Source of the DNA: Torpedo marmorata
Lineage: Eukaryota
DNA: 64,000 bases
Direction of reading: 5' to 3'
Assembly: GCA_977017645.1 (NCBI GenBank)
Contig: OZ360237.1
Location: 79,422,001 to 79,486,000 of the forward strand
In this document: piece by piece, positions 10,687 through 24,062 of the stretch
How the letters are laid out: each line of letters starts with the position of its first letter
How positions within the stretch are numbered: position 1 is the stretch's first letter
Program-made: the position numbers and the translations under genes
The notes under the pieces: model-generated
Seen by the model: only the letters and a program-made list of their open reading frames with translations
Told to the model about the DNA's origin: nothing
Databases searched by the model: none

Positions 10687-12848
10687 TTTTTTAAAATATT
10701 TTATATAAAATTTTTAATCACAAAATACATAAAATAGAATATAAAATTATCAAATTATTTGTGATACATTATCTCCCCCCCTCCCTCCCCTCCCCAACCC
10801 CCCCACCCCCACTAATCTACTAAAAATAAAATAAAAAGTAAAAATAGAAAAAAGAAAGAAAGAAAAAGATAGAGTAAGGGGAATGCCATCTATAAACTAA
10901 TTCTATTATGGAGGTCAAGTGTGCCGGTAGATCCGATATCCAGAGATCTTCAAATCCTTAAACCAACAGCTTTCATATATGGGCCCCAAATTTTTAAGAA
11001 AAAATTATATTTATTACGTAAATTATAAGTAATTTTTTCAAGTGGTATACACGAACGAAGTTCTGCATGCCATCTTTCTAATCCTAAATCTAAATCAGAT
11101 TTCCAAGTAATAGCAATGCATTTTTTTGAAACAGCTAAAGCAATTCGCAAAAATTCTATTTGATACATACCCGGTATTTAATTTCATCTTAATACTAAAT
11201 TTTCTAATATCTCCAAACAAAAATATCATAGGATCCATTAGGAATGTAATTTTAAATACTTTATCTAAAATGTTTTAACTTTCAACCAAAAATCAAACTT
11301 TTGGACAAAACCATGTAGAATGTACAAAAGAACCTTCTTCTTTATTACATCTAAAACATAAACCTGATAATGTCGGATTAAATTTCTTTAATTTTTTAGG
11401 TGTTAAATATAGTTGATGAAAAAAATTATACTGTACTAATCTGTATCTAACATTAATAATCTTCGTCATACTGAATTTACATAATTCTTTCCAATGATTT
11501 TCATCTATTCTTACATTCAAATCTAATTCCCATTTTAATCTTGATTTATGCAGTCCTACTATAGGCATTTTCCTCTGAAACAATTTATACATTTGAGAAA
11601 TAAATTTATTAACATCTCCATTAGTAACTAATAATTCTAATTCATTTTGTCTTGGTAAAGTCAAAGCATAACCTAATTTCTCAGTCAAAAAAGCTTTAAT
11701 TTGATAATAAGCCAAAAATGTATTATCTAATATATTAAATTTATCTTTCATTCTTTGAAACGTAATAAATTTCCCAGCTTCAAATCAATCACTAATCTTC
11801 TTAACTCCTTTTTGAAACCAAATTTTAAATAATTGATTATTAATAGTAAATGGAATAAGTCCATTTTGATTTAAAGGCATCTTTGAAGAAATCAATCCTT
11901 TTGCTCCTATTTCCTTATCCGTCTTATTCCATATTTCTAACAAATGTTTAAAAATGGGCGAATTCTTTTTTATTGATATTAATTTAGAATCCCATTTATA
12001 AATAATTTCTTCTTTGAGGTCTTCTCCTATATTATTTAATTCTATCTTAATCCAAGCAGAAGATTTAGTTGAATCAAAAAATTCATTAACAAATTTTAAT
12101 TGAGCTGCTTTATAATAATTTTGAAAACTAGGAAGTTGTAAATCACCCATTTCATAATTCCAAGTTAGTTTTTCCATACCTACTCTTGCTAACTTTCCTT
12201 TCCATAAAAATTTCCTAGTAATTAAATTTAAATCTTTAAAAAATTTTTGAGGAATTCCATAAGGAATTGATTGAAAAAGATATTGAATTCTTGGAAAAAT
12301 ATTCATTTTAATACAATTTACTCTTCCCATTAAAGTTATAGGTAAATCTTTCCAATTCTCTAAGTCTTTTTTTATTTTCGCAAATAATGGTAAATAATTT
12401 AATTTATATAAATTATCCAATTTTGTATCCACCTTTACTCCCAAATATTTAATTCCCTCCTTTGCCCATTTAAATTGTGTAATTTCTTTACATCTACTAT
12501 AATCACCTTGAGATAATGCCATTATTTCACTTTTATCAGAATTAATTTTATATCCAGATATTTCCCCATAGTCTCTTAATATAATAGATAATTGTTGAAG
12601 TGATGTAATAGATTTTGTCATATATATCAGTACATCATCTGCAAACAAGCTAATTTTATGTTCTTCCGTACCAACTTTAATACCAACTATTTTAGGATCT
12701 TTTCTAACTAATTCAGCCAAAGGTTCTATCACCAAAATAAATAATGCTGGTGACAGAGGACATCCCTGTCTAGTAGAACGAGTCAAAGGAAATTTTGAGG
12801 AAATTTGTCCATTTGTAACTACTTTAGCAGATGGTTCTTTATATATAG
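10687..12848 (-). mobile_element. 5'-truncated L1-clade LINE (RT C-half, CCHC region, 3' UTR, poly-A)
   Basis: RQGCPLSP, LFADD, CFRC...HSTWFC motifs; 17-bp TSD GTTCATTATGCTTCCTT (10670-10686, 12849-12865). Confidence 0.95.
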
Positions 12849-12914
12849 GTTCATTATGCTTCCTTGATGTGTTATTGGTTGCCAATAGCATGGTTGGGAG
12901 CATGCTCAGCAGGC

Positions 12915-13575
12915 TATACCAAACTAATGAAAAGAGAAAAAAATGATCATGACAGGTAATGATGACTGGCCAGTTAAAGTTATAGGATTTGATACTGAAT
13001 CTGGAGGTTGCAATATACCCAGACTGGTAGTGTTGTTCAAGCTTTCATTGGGTATCACTGGAATAGTATACAAGGGCACAGGTAGGTCAGATTGGGAGGG
13101 GGAATTAAAGAGGCAGGCAACCAAAAGTTCAGAGTCACTCCAGTAGACTAAACACAGGTGGGTTGCCAAGCAATCACCTAATTTGCAGAGTTCCTCCAAT
13201 GTAGAGAGGAGACAGCATTGTGAAAGCCAAATGCAGTAATAAGATTGGAATGCAAGCAAATTGCTGCTTCACCTGGAAAAACTCTTTAGATCCCTGGATG
13301 GTGAAAAGGAAAGAGGTAAAAGGGCAGGTATTGCATGGTAAAAGATTGGAGAAGGGGAGTGCATAGTGAGGATGGAAGAGCAAACCAGGGAGTTGCAAAG
13401 CGAATGATCCCTTTGCAATGTTGAAAGGGAAGAGAAGGGGGTCACATGTCTGGTGGTGGTAAGTAAAACACGAAAATCTGTGGACACCGTGGTTGAAGTA
13501 AAAAACACAAATGCTGGTTTGACCTGCTGAGTTTCTCCAGCATTTGTGTCTGGTGGTGGTATCTTGTTAGAGCTG
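12915..13575 (-). mobile_element. Old degenerate Penelope-like fragment (GIY-YIG region)
   Basis: Remnant peptides LQRDHSLCNSL, FQVKQQFAC, LYIGGT resemble the 55032-55478 ORF. Confidence 0.65.
13462..13546. mobile_element. Tiny inverted Penelope tail insertion
   Basis: 15-bp TSD TGTCTGGTGGTGGTA (13447-13461, 13547-13561); a minus piece and a plus piece of the pLTR tail. Confidence 0.85.
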
Positions 13576-13589
13576 GCAAAACATTTACC

Positions 13590-14810
13590 TTCACATAATC
13601 CATTTCTGAACCTTTTCCTTGTTTGAATCCCTCAGTTTCCATCTCAAGAAATGAAGAGCTACACAACTATAAGCTCAAAAAGACTCCCACAGCTATATTA
13701 ACTCTGTTTCCTCTCACCCTACTTATGGCAAGGACTCTATTTCACTTTCCCAATTCTTCCATTTCTGTAACATGATGTCTTTGAAAAGTCTTCCTACTTC
13801 TAGAACGGTGGTTTCCCTTCCATCATGTACAGAACCCCTAAATGCATCTCATGTTTCCCACACCTCTACTCTCCTACCCTCTCTTCTGAAAGGAGTTCAA
13901 AATTCAATTTATTGTCATTTGATAAAGACAGTACAATATTACACGGAATTTGTTTTCATCTGCCGTAAGGCAGATTCGCCATCAGCAGAAATTGCCTGAA
14001 GCGCCTCTTACAGTCAGAGAAAGAGAAGCAAAAGAGTCCCCTCAGAGTCACCAAGTGTCCGTGGATTCGCCTCCAGTGCTTCCGCAGCCCCTGCAGCCAT
14101 ACAGAGTCCAGTCCAAAACATCAGCAGCCAGAGCTCCACATCCGAACCCCCGACACGATCAGGAACCCTTCAGCGCCCTCAGCACCCTCTCGCATCCCAA
14201 TTCCAATACCTGGTCCCCTTCAGCCAGTCTTCAGCAGTCCGCAGCCTGGTGTAAATCCCTCGAGCGCAGTCGTCTGCAGCCTTCTTTTGGTCCTCTCCTT
14301 TTACCACACCTGCCTTTTCTTTCAACAAATCTTCCTTTGCAATTTCCACCATTCCAATAATATCCCACCATTTTAATTCCAAAACTGACTCTGGCCTATC
14401 TGTAACCATCTGCACAGTTTGAGGAACAACATCTCATCTTCCATCTAGGCATGTTCTAGTCTTCTAGATTCAATTATCCAATTCTCTAACTTGGGTAATT
14501 TGCTCTTTCTTTCTGTTTCAGAGTGGATGTTTATGCCTGTCATTCTATTTTCTATTAGTATGTTCTTGCCTACAAGACATGTCCCACAGCCTTGCTATTA
14601 GCAACACAGACAGAAAATAATGGGGTTCTAACTGCTATTTTAAATCACTTGGATTCATCATATTAAAGATATTCCCTTTGTCCTACCCATCCCGCCTTCA
14701 CTTTCTCTGCTGTTGAAAATTAACTTGATTTTTCTCTTTCCTAGTTTCGACAAAGATCCTAGGACCTGAAAAAACAGACCTGCTGGTTCCAGCATTTTCA
14801 GATTTTATTA
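13590..14810 (+). mobile_element. Old degenerate Penelope-like fragments interrupted by element X
   Basis: 13590-13890 resembles RT region 53370-53700; 14310-14490 has GAGGAACAACATCTCATCTTCCATCTAGGC. Confidence 0.55.
13896..14285 (-). mobile_element. Element X, 5'-truncated
   Basis: Reverse complement of the 3' half of 43849-44687. Confidence 0.8.
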
Positions 14811-15838
14811 AGAAATATAAATTCTTTGGAGCAATGTTAAAATATCAGAATATCATAATTTTGAATTTGAGAAGTTGGAGGAAATGCAAGTCAACATGAA
14901 TAGAGGTCATTGGAAAGCAACATTGGATAACAGCAGTTGTTCAATGGATGAAGGAGAGAGACAAAATTTAAAATTAACATGACTGGAGGCAACAAAATGG
15001 ACATTTTTTCAGATCTTGGATAGGCTTGTGAGGGGGATGATGGCAAACGATGCTATGGAGTTGAAAGACAAGAAGTGGGATTTTGGTGAGAAAAAGCAAT
15101 AAAAGAACATTTCAAATCAAACAAGATAATAAATTTGATGTCGACTTTAGTTTGATGGGGTGGCCAGGAAGAGGGATGAAGTTAACTTTGACATAGTGCA
15201 TTTGCTCCAGAGAACAAAGACAAAAATATAGCTTTCAAAATATTTAGCTGAAAAAACTGTTCTCTATCTAAATAATGCACAACAAAAAAGAAGAAGCATT
15301 ATTACTCTTTGGTCATAGATCGAGGTGACTAGTGGGAAGATGTAAAATTAAGTCAGATAACATCAATTCAGTCTGTGGTTGCAACTGTCATGAAATCGCA
15401 TCTAAATGAGGAAGTAGAGGAACTAAGGAATGACAGTAGGGTGTAAAAGATGGCTAACAATATGCAATTTAGATCCCGCTGTGCCTGAGGCTGCTAAGGA
15501 GTTCTGCACATGCATTACACATAAAGCAATGCTCCATATGTATCTATCTCTTTTAACCTTAAGGTATAGGTGTCAATTTTCACATCAATCCAGGGCACCT
15601 TACTAAAAAAGTGTACAGGAGCTATAACTAATTGCCAATTTTTTTTTCAACATCACAACACATAGCTGCAAGTTAGACAATATCCAACATGAAATATAAG
15701 CATTTTAAAACCAGGTCATAACCTTAATGTGCTCAAGAATCAGATGAGTATTTAAAACAAAAAAAACATTACTCCAGGAGTGTTAAATGTGGGGGAGAAA
15801 AAAAAAAATCAAAGGTGGGTAACATTGGGTAAATAATA

Positions 15839-17801
15839 TGAATATGCAACAGGTGTCACCGACTTCATCAAGACCTGCGTGGATGAGTGTGTGCCCACGC
15901 GCAAATACCGGGTGTTCCCCAACCAGAAGCTCTGGATGAATCAAAGAATTCGCAACCTGCTGAGGACGAGAACAAGGGCGTTTAAAGCCGGGGACCGGGA
16001 TCTTTACCAACAGTCCAGGCACGACCTGCGGAAGGCCATCTCTGAAGGAAAGTGGCAATTCTGAAGGAAGCTGGAGACAGAGACAGATACACGCCAGCTA
16101 TGGCAGGGAGTGCAGGCCATTACAGCCTACAAAGCGAGGGCGAACGCTATAGACGGCTGTGATGCTTCACTACCCGATGAGCTGAACACCTTCTATGCCC
16201 GCTTTGAGAAGAACAAAACAGTGCCTAATAGAATCCCTGAAAAGGCTGAGGACCCTGTGATATCTGTCTCTGAGGGTGACGTCAGAACATCATTCAAGAG
16301 GGTGAACCCTCGCAAGGCGTCAGGCCCTGACGGCGTACCTGGCAGGGTATTGAAAATCTGCGCCAACCAACTAGCCGGAGTGTTCACGGACATTTACAAC
16401 CTCTCATTGCGGCAGTCAGAGGTTCCCACCTGCTTCAAAAGGGCATCAATCATCCCGGTACCCAAGAAGAGTAGTGTGAGCTGCCTCAACGACTACCGCC
16501 CAGTAGCACTAACTTCTACTGTGATGAAATGCTTTGAGAGGCTGGTCATGGCCAGAATTAACACATACCTAAGCAAAGATCTGGACCCACTGCAATTCGC
16601 CTATCGCCACAATCGCTCCACAGCAGATGCAATATCGCTGGCTCTCCACTCAGCTCTGGATCACCTCGAAAACTACAATTCATACATACGGTTGCTCTTC
16701 ATCGACTACAGCTCGGCCTTCAATACCATTATTCCCTCAGTGCTGGTCAAGAAGCTACAAACTCTAGGCCTCTGTACCCCACTCTGCAACTGGATCCTTG
16801 ACTTTCTCATCGGAAGACCAGTCAGTACGAATTGGAAACAACGTCTCCTCCTCACTGATTATCAACACAGGCGCACCCCAAGGATGCGTGCTTAGTCCGC
16901 TGCTCTACTCGTTATACACTCATGACTGTGTGGCCAGGCACAATTCCAATGCCATATACAAGTTTGCCGATGACACCACAGTTGTCGGCAGAATCACAAA
17001 CGGCAATGAGGAAGCGTACAGGAGGGAGATAGATCAGCTCGTTGAATGGTGTAATGACAACAACCTTGAGCTCAACGTCAGCAAAACCAAGGAGATGATT
17101 GTGGACTTCCGGAGGAAGTCGGGGGAACACGACCCAGTCCTCATCGAGGGCTCAGTCGTGGAGAGGGTCAAGAACTTCAAATTCCTGGGTGTCAACATCT
17201 CCGAGGATCTGTCCTGGAGCATCCACGTGGATGCAATCACAAAGAAGGCTCGTCAGTGGCTATACTTTGTGAGGTGTTTGCGGAGATTCGGTATGTCAAC
17301 AAAGACTCTCGTAAACTTCTACAGGTGTACCGTGGAGAGCATTCTGGCTGGTTGCATCACTGCCTGGTATGGTGGCGCCAACTCCCAGGACAAGAGTAAA
17401 CTCCAGAAGGTTGTTAACTCGACCTGTGACATCACAGGCACCAAACTTCACTCCATTGAGGACATCTACATGAGGCGGTGTCTTAAAAAAGCAGCCTCTA
17501 TCCTTAAGGACCCCCACCACCCAGGCCATGCCCTCTTCACTCTGCTACCAATGGGAAAAAGGTACAGGAGCCTAAAGACGAGCACTCAACGGCACAAGGA
17601 CAGCTTCTTCCCCGCTGCCATCAGATTCCTGAATAATCAATGAACCAAAGACACTACCTTACTTTTCGTGCACTATTGTTTATAATTTTTTATAGTAAAG
17701 TCGTTAGAATGGTTAATATGAATGTAAATTGCACTATGATGCTGCCGCAAAACACCGAATTTCATGACTTGTTCATGACAATAAATTCTGATTCTGATTC
17801 T
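15839..17801 (+). mobile_element. Rex1/Babar LINE, 5'-truncated; RT split by a frameshift near 16820
   Basis: [43 protein letters not shown]; tail (TTCTGA)3. Confidence 0.92.
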
Positions 17802-17959
17802 GATAATGCTGCCTGTATTTATTAAAGGGATAGGATATAATTATAGTGCTGCCAATTTGCACACAGAAAACCTACACTTATAAACATGATAATGATCAGA
17901 TGTTTTGTTTTAGAGATATGAGCAGAGGATAAATATTCTACATTTTGATACTACTCCCC

Positions 17960-19034
17960 ATTCAAGATTCCTTTATTGTCATGTAATAGTACAGAACATG
18001 TAATATTACACAAAATTGCCTTCAGCCTGTCATAAGGCAAAGAAAGAGTTGCCATTTGTGTCGCCCGGCGCCCCTTACAGTAAGAAAGAGAAGCAAAAGA
18101 GAGTCCCTTCAGAGTCATTTAATGTTCGTGGATTCTCCTCCAGCTCCCCACCCCCCCCCCCCCCCCGCAGCCGCACAGACTCCTGTTGGCAACCCGAGCT
18201 CCAGATCAAACCTCTGACACAATCAGGAAGCCTTCAGCGTCCGAGGCCCTTCGGGAGCCCTTCTTGCCCCCAGCACCCTGGCTCCGATACCTGGTTCCCG
18301 AGCCAGTTTCCAGCAGTCTGCAGCCCATGTGGGTTGCCCAAACGTAAGTCACCCACAGCCTGTATGGGTCCCTCAGCTGCTGAGCCACTCACTGGTCTGC
18401 TGCCATGTCACAATCCTGTAGGGTCCTTCATCTGCTGAGCCCCTTGCTGGTCGGCCACCGTGGTCCACCCCGTTTTGTATGGTTGTCTCCTATGCTTCTG
18501 CTTCTCAACAGAGGATGTTAAATTTAAATTTTAAACATACAGCACGGTAACAGGCCATTTCGGCCCACGAGTCCGTGCTGCCCAATTACACCCAATTAAC
18601 CTACAAACCCCGGTACGTTTCAAACAGTGGGTGAAAACCGGAGCCCCCGGCGAAAACCCAAGCAGACACGGGGAGAACGTATAAACTCCTGACAGACAGC
18701 GTGGGATTCAAACCCCGGTCCCGATCGCTGGCACTGTAAAGACGTTGCGCTAACCGCTACACCAACCGTGTTCTCCCTGTTTCTGGTAAACTGTGCCGGT
18801 CCACTGCTCCCCCGTGTCTGCAACCCCTCGTGGCCACTGCCGAGCACAGACCTCACAGTTGCACAGACCATCTTGGGCACAGACCTCGCGGTTGCAGGAT
18901 TTTACTTACAAACACCATCAGGTCCTTTAACAGGCAGTTGAACCCTTCGGAGCAGTACTGTGTCTCCGCTTTTCCAGGTCCACACCAGTGGCATCGCTGC
19001 TGTTACAGCAGCTTCAGCGGAGACGCCATATTTT
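17960..19034 (-). mobile_element. Element X, diverged near-full-length copy with nested SINE
   Basis: Minus-strand head AAAATATGGCG at 19034; tail CATGACAATAAAGGAATCTTGAA. Confidence 0.75.
18519..18772 (-). mobile_element. tRNA-derived V-SINE/HE1-like SINE
   Basis: Reverse complement of 44759-45005; A/B-box-like head; (TTTAAA)n tail. Confidence 0.85.
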
Positions 19035-19345
19035 TAACATCAAATGAGAAAGGAGAGAGGATCTCACTTACAATCTGATTCAAAAATAGTACCACTTACT
19101 GTATAGTGCAGCACTTCCTTTATCCTGCACAAGGATGTCAGCCTACATTTTGAGCTCAATTCTCTGGAATACAACAATATTCTGAATTGGAGACCAAATT
19201 AGACACAGCTAATATTCCAATATTGTAATGTCACAAACATGTTCGGCAACCTTCAGTGCTTTTCCTTCCACTTTTTATGCTTAAAGTGACATAAAATATA
19301 CAATAAAACTCCTGTTAGTTTTACCACTGTGCATTGATATTTCTC

Positions 19346-19431
19346 GTAAACACACCGAAATGCTCGAGGAACTCAACTGGTCTTTTCAGCATCTATAGGA
19401 GACAAAGATATATTGTCTATCGTGTTTCACT
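19346..19431 (-). mobile_element. Short Penelope-type tail insertion (second subfamily)
   Basis: 14-bp TSD CATTGATATTTCTC; resembles 25300-25408. Confidence 0.75.
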
Positions 19432-20789
19432 CATTGATATTTCTCCCCTCTCCCATACCTGCCCAAGTACTTCATTAGTTGTAAAGCACTGAGAATGTCC
19501 AGAGGACATGAAAGACATTAAAACAATTCTATAATTCAAACTATCTTCTTATTGTACTTCCCAGCAGTGGGAGTAGTGGATAATATATTTTACAAACACA
19601 TATGAAAATCTAAGCAAATATTTCAGGTATTTTAATAGTTTACAATTACTAATAGCTCATAGCTCATTCAGAAAGAAGAATGATTGGGTTAAGCATCATG
19701 GCTTGTAAATGGATAGGAAAGGGTGAGATGGATATGGGCCAAGCACAGGCAAATGGGACAAGCTGAGAGGGGCAATCTGATCGACATAGACGAGTTGGGT
19801 AGAAGGCCCTATTTATGTGCTGTATGACTCTATGGCTAAATTAAATAGCAGAAGCAGTGAGCTTAGCAGCAATGAACTGGATTGTTCAAGGTGTGTATGT
19901 ACAGCATCGGATCCCAGTAATAAATAAAAAATGTATTACTCACTCCCTAGTTTCACATTTATGAGATTCATCTTATTGTATTTGTTAATGATTATATATA
20001 ATGGAAAATTGTCCCAATTGCTATTTTTCATTTAATAAATACTTGTAATATGTTGAAAATAACAAACCAAAAATATTATTCCAATGTAGATGATTCTGTT
20101 AACATACAGTAAATTTATTAAATATTATCTACTCTAATCCAAACTATTACAAAGATGTTTCCAAAGAAAAATTCACTCAGATCTTTCAATGCCACATGAC
20201 GAGCATTCAATTCACCTTTCTGAAAATGCTTGCCAGAATATATTCAAGTAGATACATTGAAATCAGTCATTCCCATGACTATACCCATTCATTAAAGATA
20301 TTTCAATACTAATTGCATCCATGTACATTTAGTAACATCTGCTCAATCACATTTGAATAGAATTTTACCACTACAGAAATGCAATGCTAGAATCATCCAC
20401 TCATGCATCCCATAAATTGTATACAATATTTTCTGAAAACATTGAATCTACTTTTATTTCTAAAACTTTAAGCTGCCTAGAATTTAAACTGAGGAAAAAA
20501 GAACAATATTATATTACGATATTGCTATTTACATGTTTTAATACTTCTCTCAAATCTGGAACACTTTTCCCAGATCTGAATCAGTGTGCGCTAAATTTTC
20601 AGTTTGAGGACGTGAATATTACTAATTTCACAGGCTACATCAGTGTTGTTTAATCAGAAAATCTGAAAAAATGAAGCAGTGAGAGAGACTGGTATCAGAA
20701 ATATAAACACACTCACATTGTTCTCCGACTTGCTAACCTCATCTCCTTCCTGGTCAAATTTTGAAAAGAAATTCAAAAGAAAAATAAAT

Positions 20790-21110
20790 ACAAGGCAGCA
20801 CAGAAGCCTGAAGGCCAGCACTGCTACATTCAGGAATAGTTTTCTTCCCATCGGCTATCAGGCTCTTAAATCTACCCTTACAACCCTAACCATAAACTTC
20901 TCTGGGAAAGTCCTGTTTGGACACATTTTTATTCCCTTCCACTGGAAACATTTATTTTTCTTTTATATTCATTATTTATTTCTGTATTGAAGTAATTTAA
21001 TGTATACTATTGGTTTTCTTTAAAAAATACCTGTTTGGCTGCAGCAAGTATTTTGGTGAATATGTACATTGTGCTTATGTGTATGACAAGAAACTCATTA
21101 TCATTATTAG
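20790..21110 (+). mobile_element. Old Rex1-like LINE 3' end
   Basis: Remnant RSLKASTATFRNSFLP followed by a TATGACAAGAAAC-(TCAT/TTAT) tail. Confidence 0.6.
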
Positions 21111-22169
21111 CTGAGAGCCAAAAACAAGAGTGTAGGAGTGGAGAACTGTACAGAGTGTTAAAAAGGCAACAACAGGAAAAGGGAACGAATGAGTAGTTCA
21201 AAGTAGAAGAATCAATAATTAAACTGGAGAATGAGGGAACTCAAAAGGTAGCCAAGAAATTATAATTCCACTGCACCCCACTTCCCCAAAAACAATTGAC
21301 CACTGTTGCTGCTTCTTTCACCCTCAACACTTTCCATATGAAAACCCAAGAGAAAGAACTACGTTAGGGAGAGAAAACCAACAGAGAGCAAGAGAAAGGA
21401 ACACACAAGTAAAAAGCAGAGAGAAGCAGAAGTTAGAAGAAAAATATACAATAAACAGAACAAACTGAAAGGAGTTTGCACTCTCCAATTATTGATAATG
21501 AGTTTGTCATATACATTGTACATATACCTGAAATTCTTACTTGCTGCAATCGAACATGTACTTATGAAAAATAACTATAATAGTAAACATTGAACTGAAT
21601 TAAGAGTGACAATAAATGCACAAGATTGATAATATTCGCAGCAATCCTAGTACAAGAAGTGACTTGCAATAGCGCAATCATTTTGTGAGGTAACTACATG
21701 GAACAAGACTAATAATTGTCTGTGCAGAATGCTAAGTTGGTAAGTTTTAGACATCAACAATACTGCGCTACATATTGGAGGATAACAAAGTAACATTAAA
21801 AAATTCAATTTTAAGAAAACAGGAATACAAGAGTAAAAAATTATGCAATTGCAATGCTGAAGTCACAAGCGAACAGAATATAACTATATGACTTGAAAGA
21901 TTATTTTAATTTATTTCATATTTACAATAACTGCAGTGCCAGAGGAGGGGTGGAAGGGGGTGATTGGGGGGTTGACAGTGGAAGATAAATATGGTAATTC
22001 CAGCTACAGTTCTCCTTGTATATGACTTAACTATACCACATTGTCATAGTGATTAAAGTCATTCCTCAAAAAACGTTAGTAAATTGCAGTGGCTAAGTGG
22101 ATAATTAAACAAACCTAAACATTCAAAGAATTCCCCAAATGTTGTATTTATTGTTGATTTTGTCTGAAT

Positions 22170-23021
22170 TACGACCCACTAGCATACAAGACCCCCCCCC
22201 CCATTTCAGCAGGGAATATTAAGAATTTTTTTTAGTGTATTTACAGGTAAGCATTTAATGTTATTGAAATATGTAGCTACAGTATAGCAGAAAAAAAACT
22301 TGGACAAAACGTGCAACTAGGACAACAGGAAAAATCTTTTTAATAGTAATACTGCTGTAATTTACAAGGGAAAACAAAATCAGCTTAGCTATATCAGAAA
22401 AATTTTTATAAAAACAAACTGCCGCTGTCGGTCCCCGCGCTGGTCCCGCTGCTCTGCTCTCTCCTGGCGGCCCGCTGTCGGTCCTTGCACTGGTCCCGCT
22501 GCCCCGCTCTCTCCCAGTGGCCCGCTTTCAGTCCCCGCGCTGGTCCCACTGCCCCGCTCTCTCGGAGGGGGGGGGGAAAGGGGGAGGGGGGAGAGCGGGG
22601 CAGTGGGATTAGTGTGGGGACTGGTGGCGGTCTGTCGGGGGGCGCGGGGCGGTGGAATCAGTGTGGGGACGGGTGGCGGGCCGCCGGGAGAGCGGGACCA
22701 GTGCAGGGACCGACAGCAGGCCGCCGGGAGAGAGCGGGGCAGCGGGACCAGTGCAGGGACCGACAGCGGGCCGCCGGGAGAATCTCCCGACAGCTCGCCA
22801 CTAGCCCCCACACTGATCCCACTGCCCCGCTCCCCCCCAACAGCCCGCCACCAGCCCCCAACGATAGATGGCGGTGATGCTAGTGAGCCACGCAGCGACA
22901 ATGATCACTGTCGGCGTTACTCACCATTATCACCAATTTCAACTTCGCATATAAGACACGGGGGATATTTTTGAGCCATTTTTTGGGGAAAAAAGTGGGT
23001 CTTATATGCCATCAAATACGG
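22170..23021. mobile_element. Tc2/Kanga-like non-autonomous DNA element with GC-rich minisatellite core
   Basis: Right end CTTATATGCCATCAAATACGG then TA; subterminal GCATA(T/C)AAGAC repeats; left TIR not intact. Confidence 0.6.
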
Positions 23022-23304
23022 TATTTGCTTCATACACATCAGATGACTTTGCTTTCAAGTTTGTGTCTTGCTTTCAATGACAGGATATGATTAAAATGTC
23101 TAATGAGTTTCCATCCTTCTAAATAACTGCATTTCAAATAATATTTTAAATTAAGAATGTAATCTAATCATCAAGAATCATTAATTGTAAGCAAAATGAA
23201 ATGAATAATGGAAAATACCCACATTAACTAAATAAATTTTACCACACTTAAATGATATGAGAGACATGAATCAAGGCAAAAATATAATGCTGCAATACAC
23301 AAAA

Positions 23305-24062
23305 GTGCTGGAGAAGCAACTCCGTCATAAACTCATCCCTTCCCACCAATTGCCTCCTTGGTCCCCACCCTGTGACTGCAAGATATGCTACACTTGCAAC
23401 TACTCCTCCTCCCTCACCACTATTCGGGGTCCCAAACAGTCCTTTCAAGTGAAGCAACATTTCATTTGTGAATCTGCAGGGGTCATTTACTGCATCCAGT
23501 GTTCCCGATGCGTCCTCCTCTACATTGCGGAGACTTTATGCAGACTTGGAGATATTTCGTTGAGCACCTTCACTCTGTCTGCTGCAAAAGCAAGAATCTC
23601 CTAGTAGCCAATCATTTTAATTCTGCACACCATTACCGCACTGACACATCTGTACATGGCTTCACTCAATGCCAAATCGATGCCACCCTCAAATTGGAGG
23701 AATACCTTGTATTCCATCTCAGCAGTCTCCAACAAAATGGCATTAATATCAACTTCTCCAATTTCCATCAACTCCCTCCCCCGTTCTCTTTCCCAAGCTA
23801 CCCTTCTTAGACTTTTGCCCTCTTCCCTGTTACCTCAGCTTTTTTCTCTGTTACCCTCCCACCTGTATCCACCTATTAACTCTTATTTGTTAGCCAGTGC
23901 TCCTCCCTCTTCCTCCCTTCCCCCCCTACCAACTTTTTATTCAGGCATCTACCTGTTTATCTAGATTCCCGATGAAGGGCTGTTCCGAAATGTTGATTGC
24001 CTTTTAACTCCTATGGATATTGCATGGCCTGCTGAATTTCTCCAGCACTTCTGTGTGTTGCA
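23305..24062 (+). mobile_element. Older Penelope-like 3' portion (GIY-YIG and pLTR)
   Basis: GVIYCIQCSRCVLLYIAET; degenerate hammerhead-like CCGATGAAGGGC...CCGAAATGTT. Confidence 0.8.

Noticed and set aside
11785-12903. Apparently novel N-termini on RT ORFs (also 27323-28255 and 33394-34470)
   Set aside because: They are read-through from flanking DNA across 5' truncation points, not real fusions
22389-22974. Pro/Gly/Arg-rich ORFs on both strands (also in element X and at 57088-57648)
   Set aside because: GC-rich repeats lack stop codons; no conserved frame
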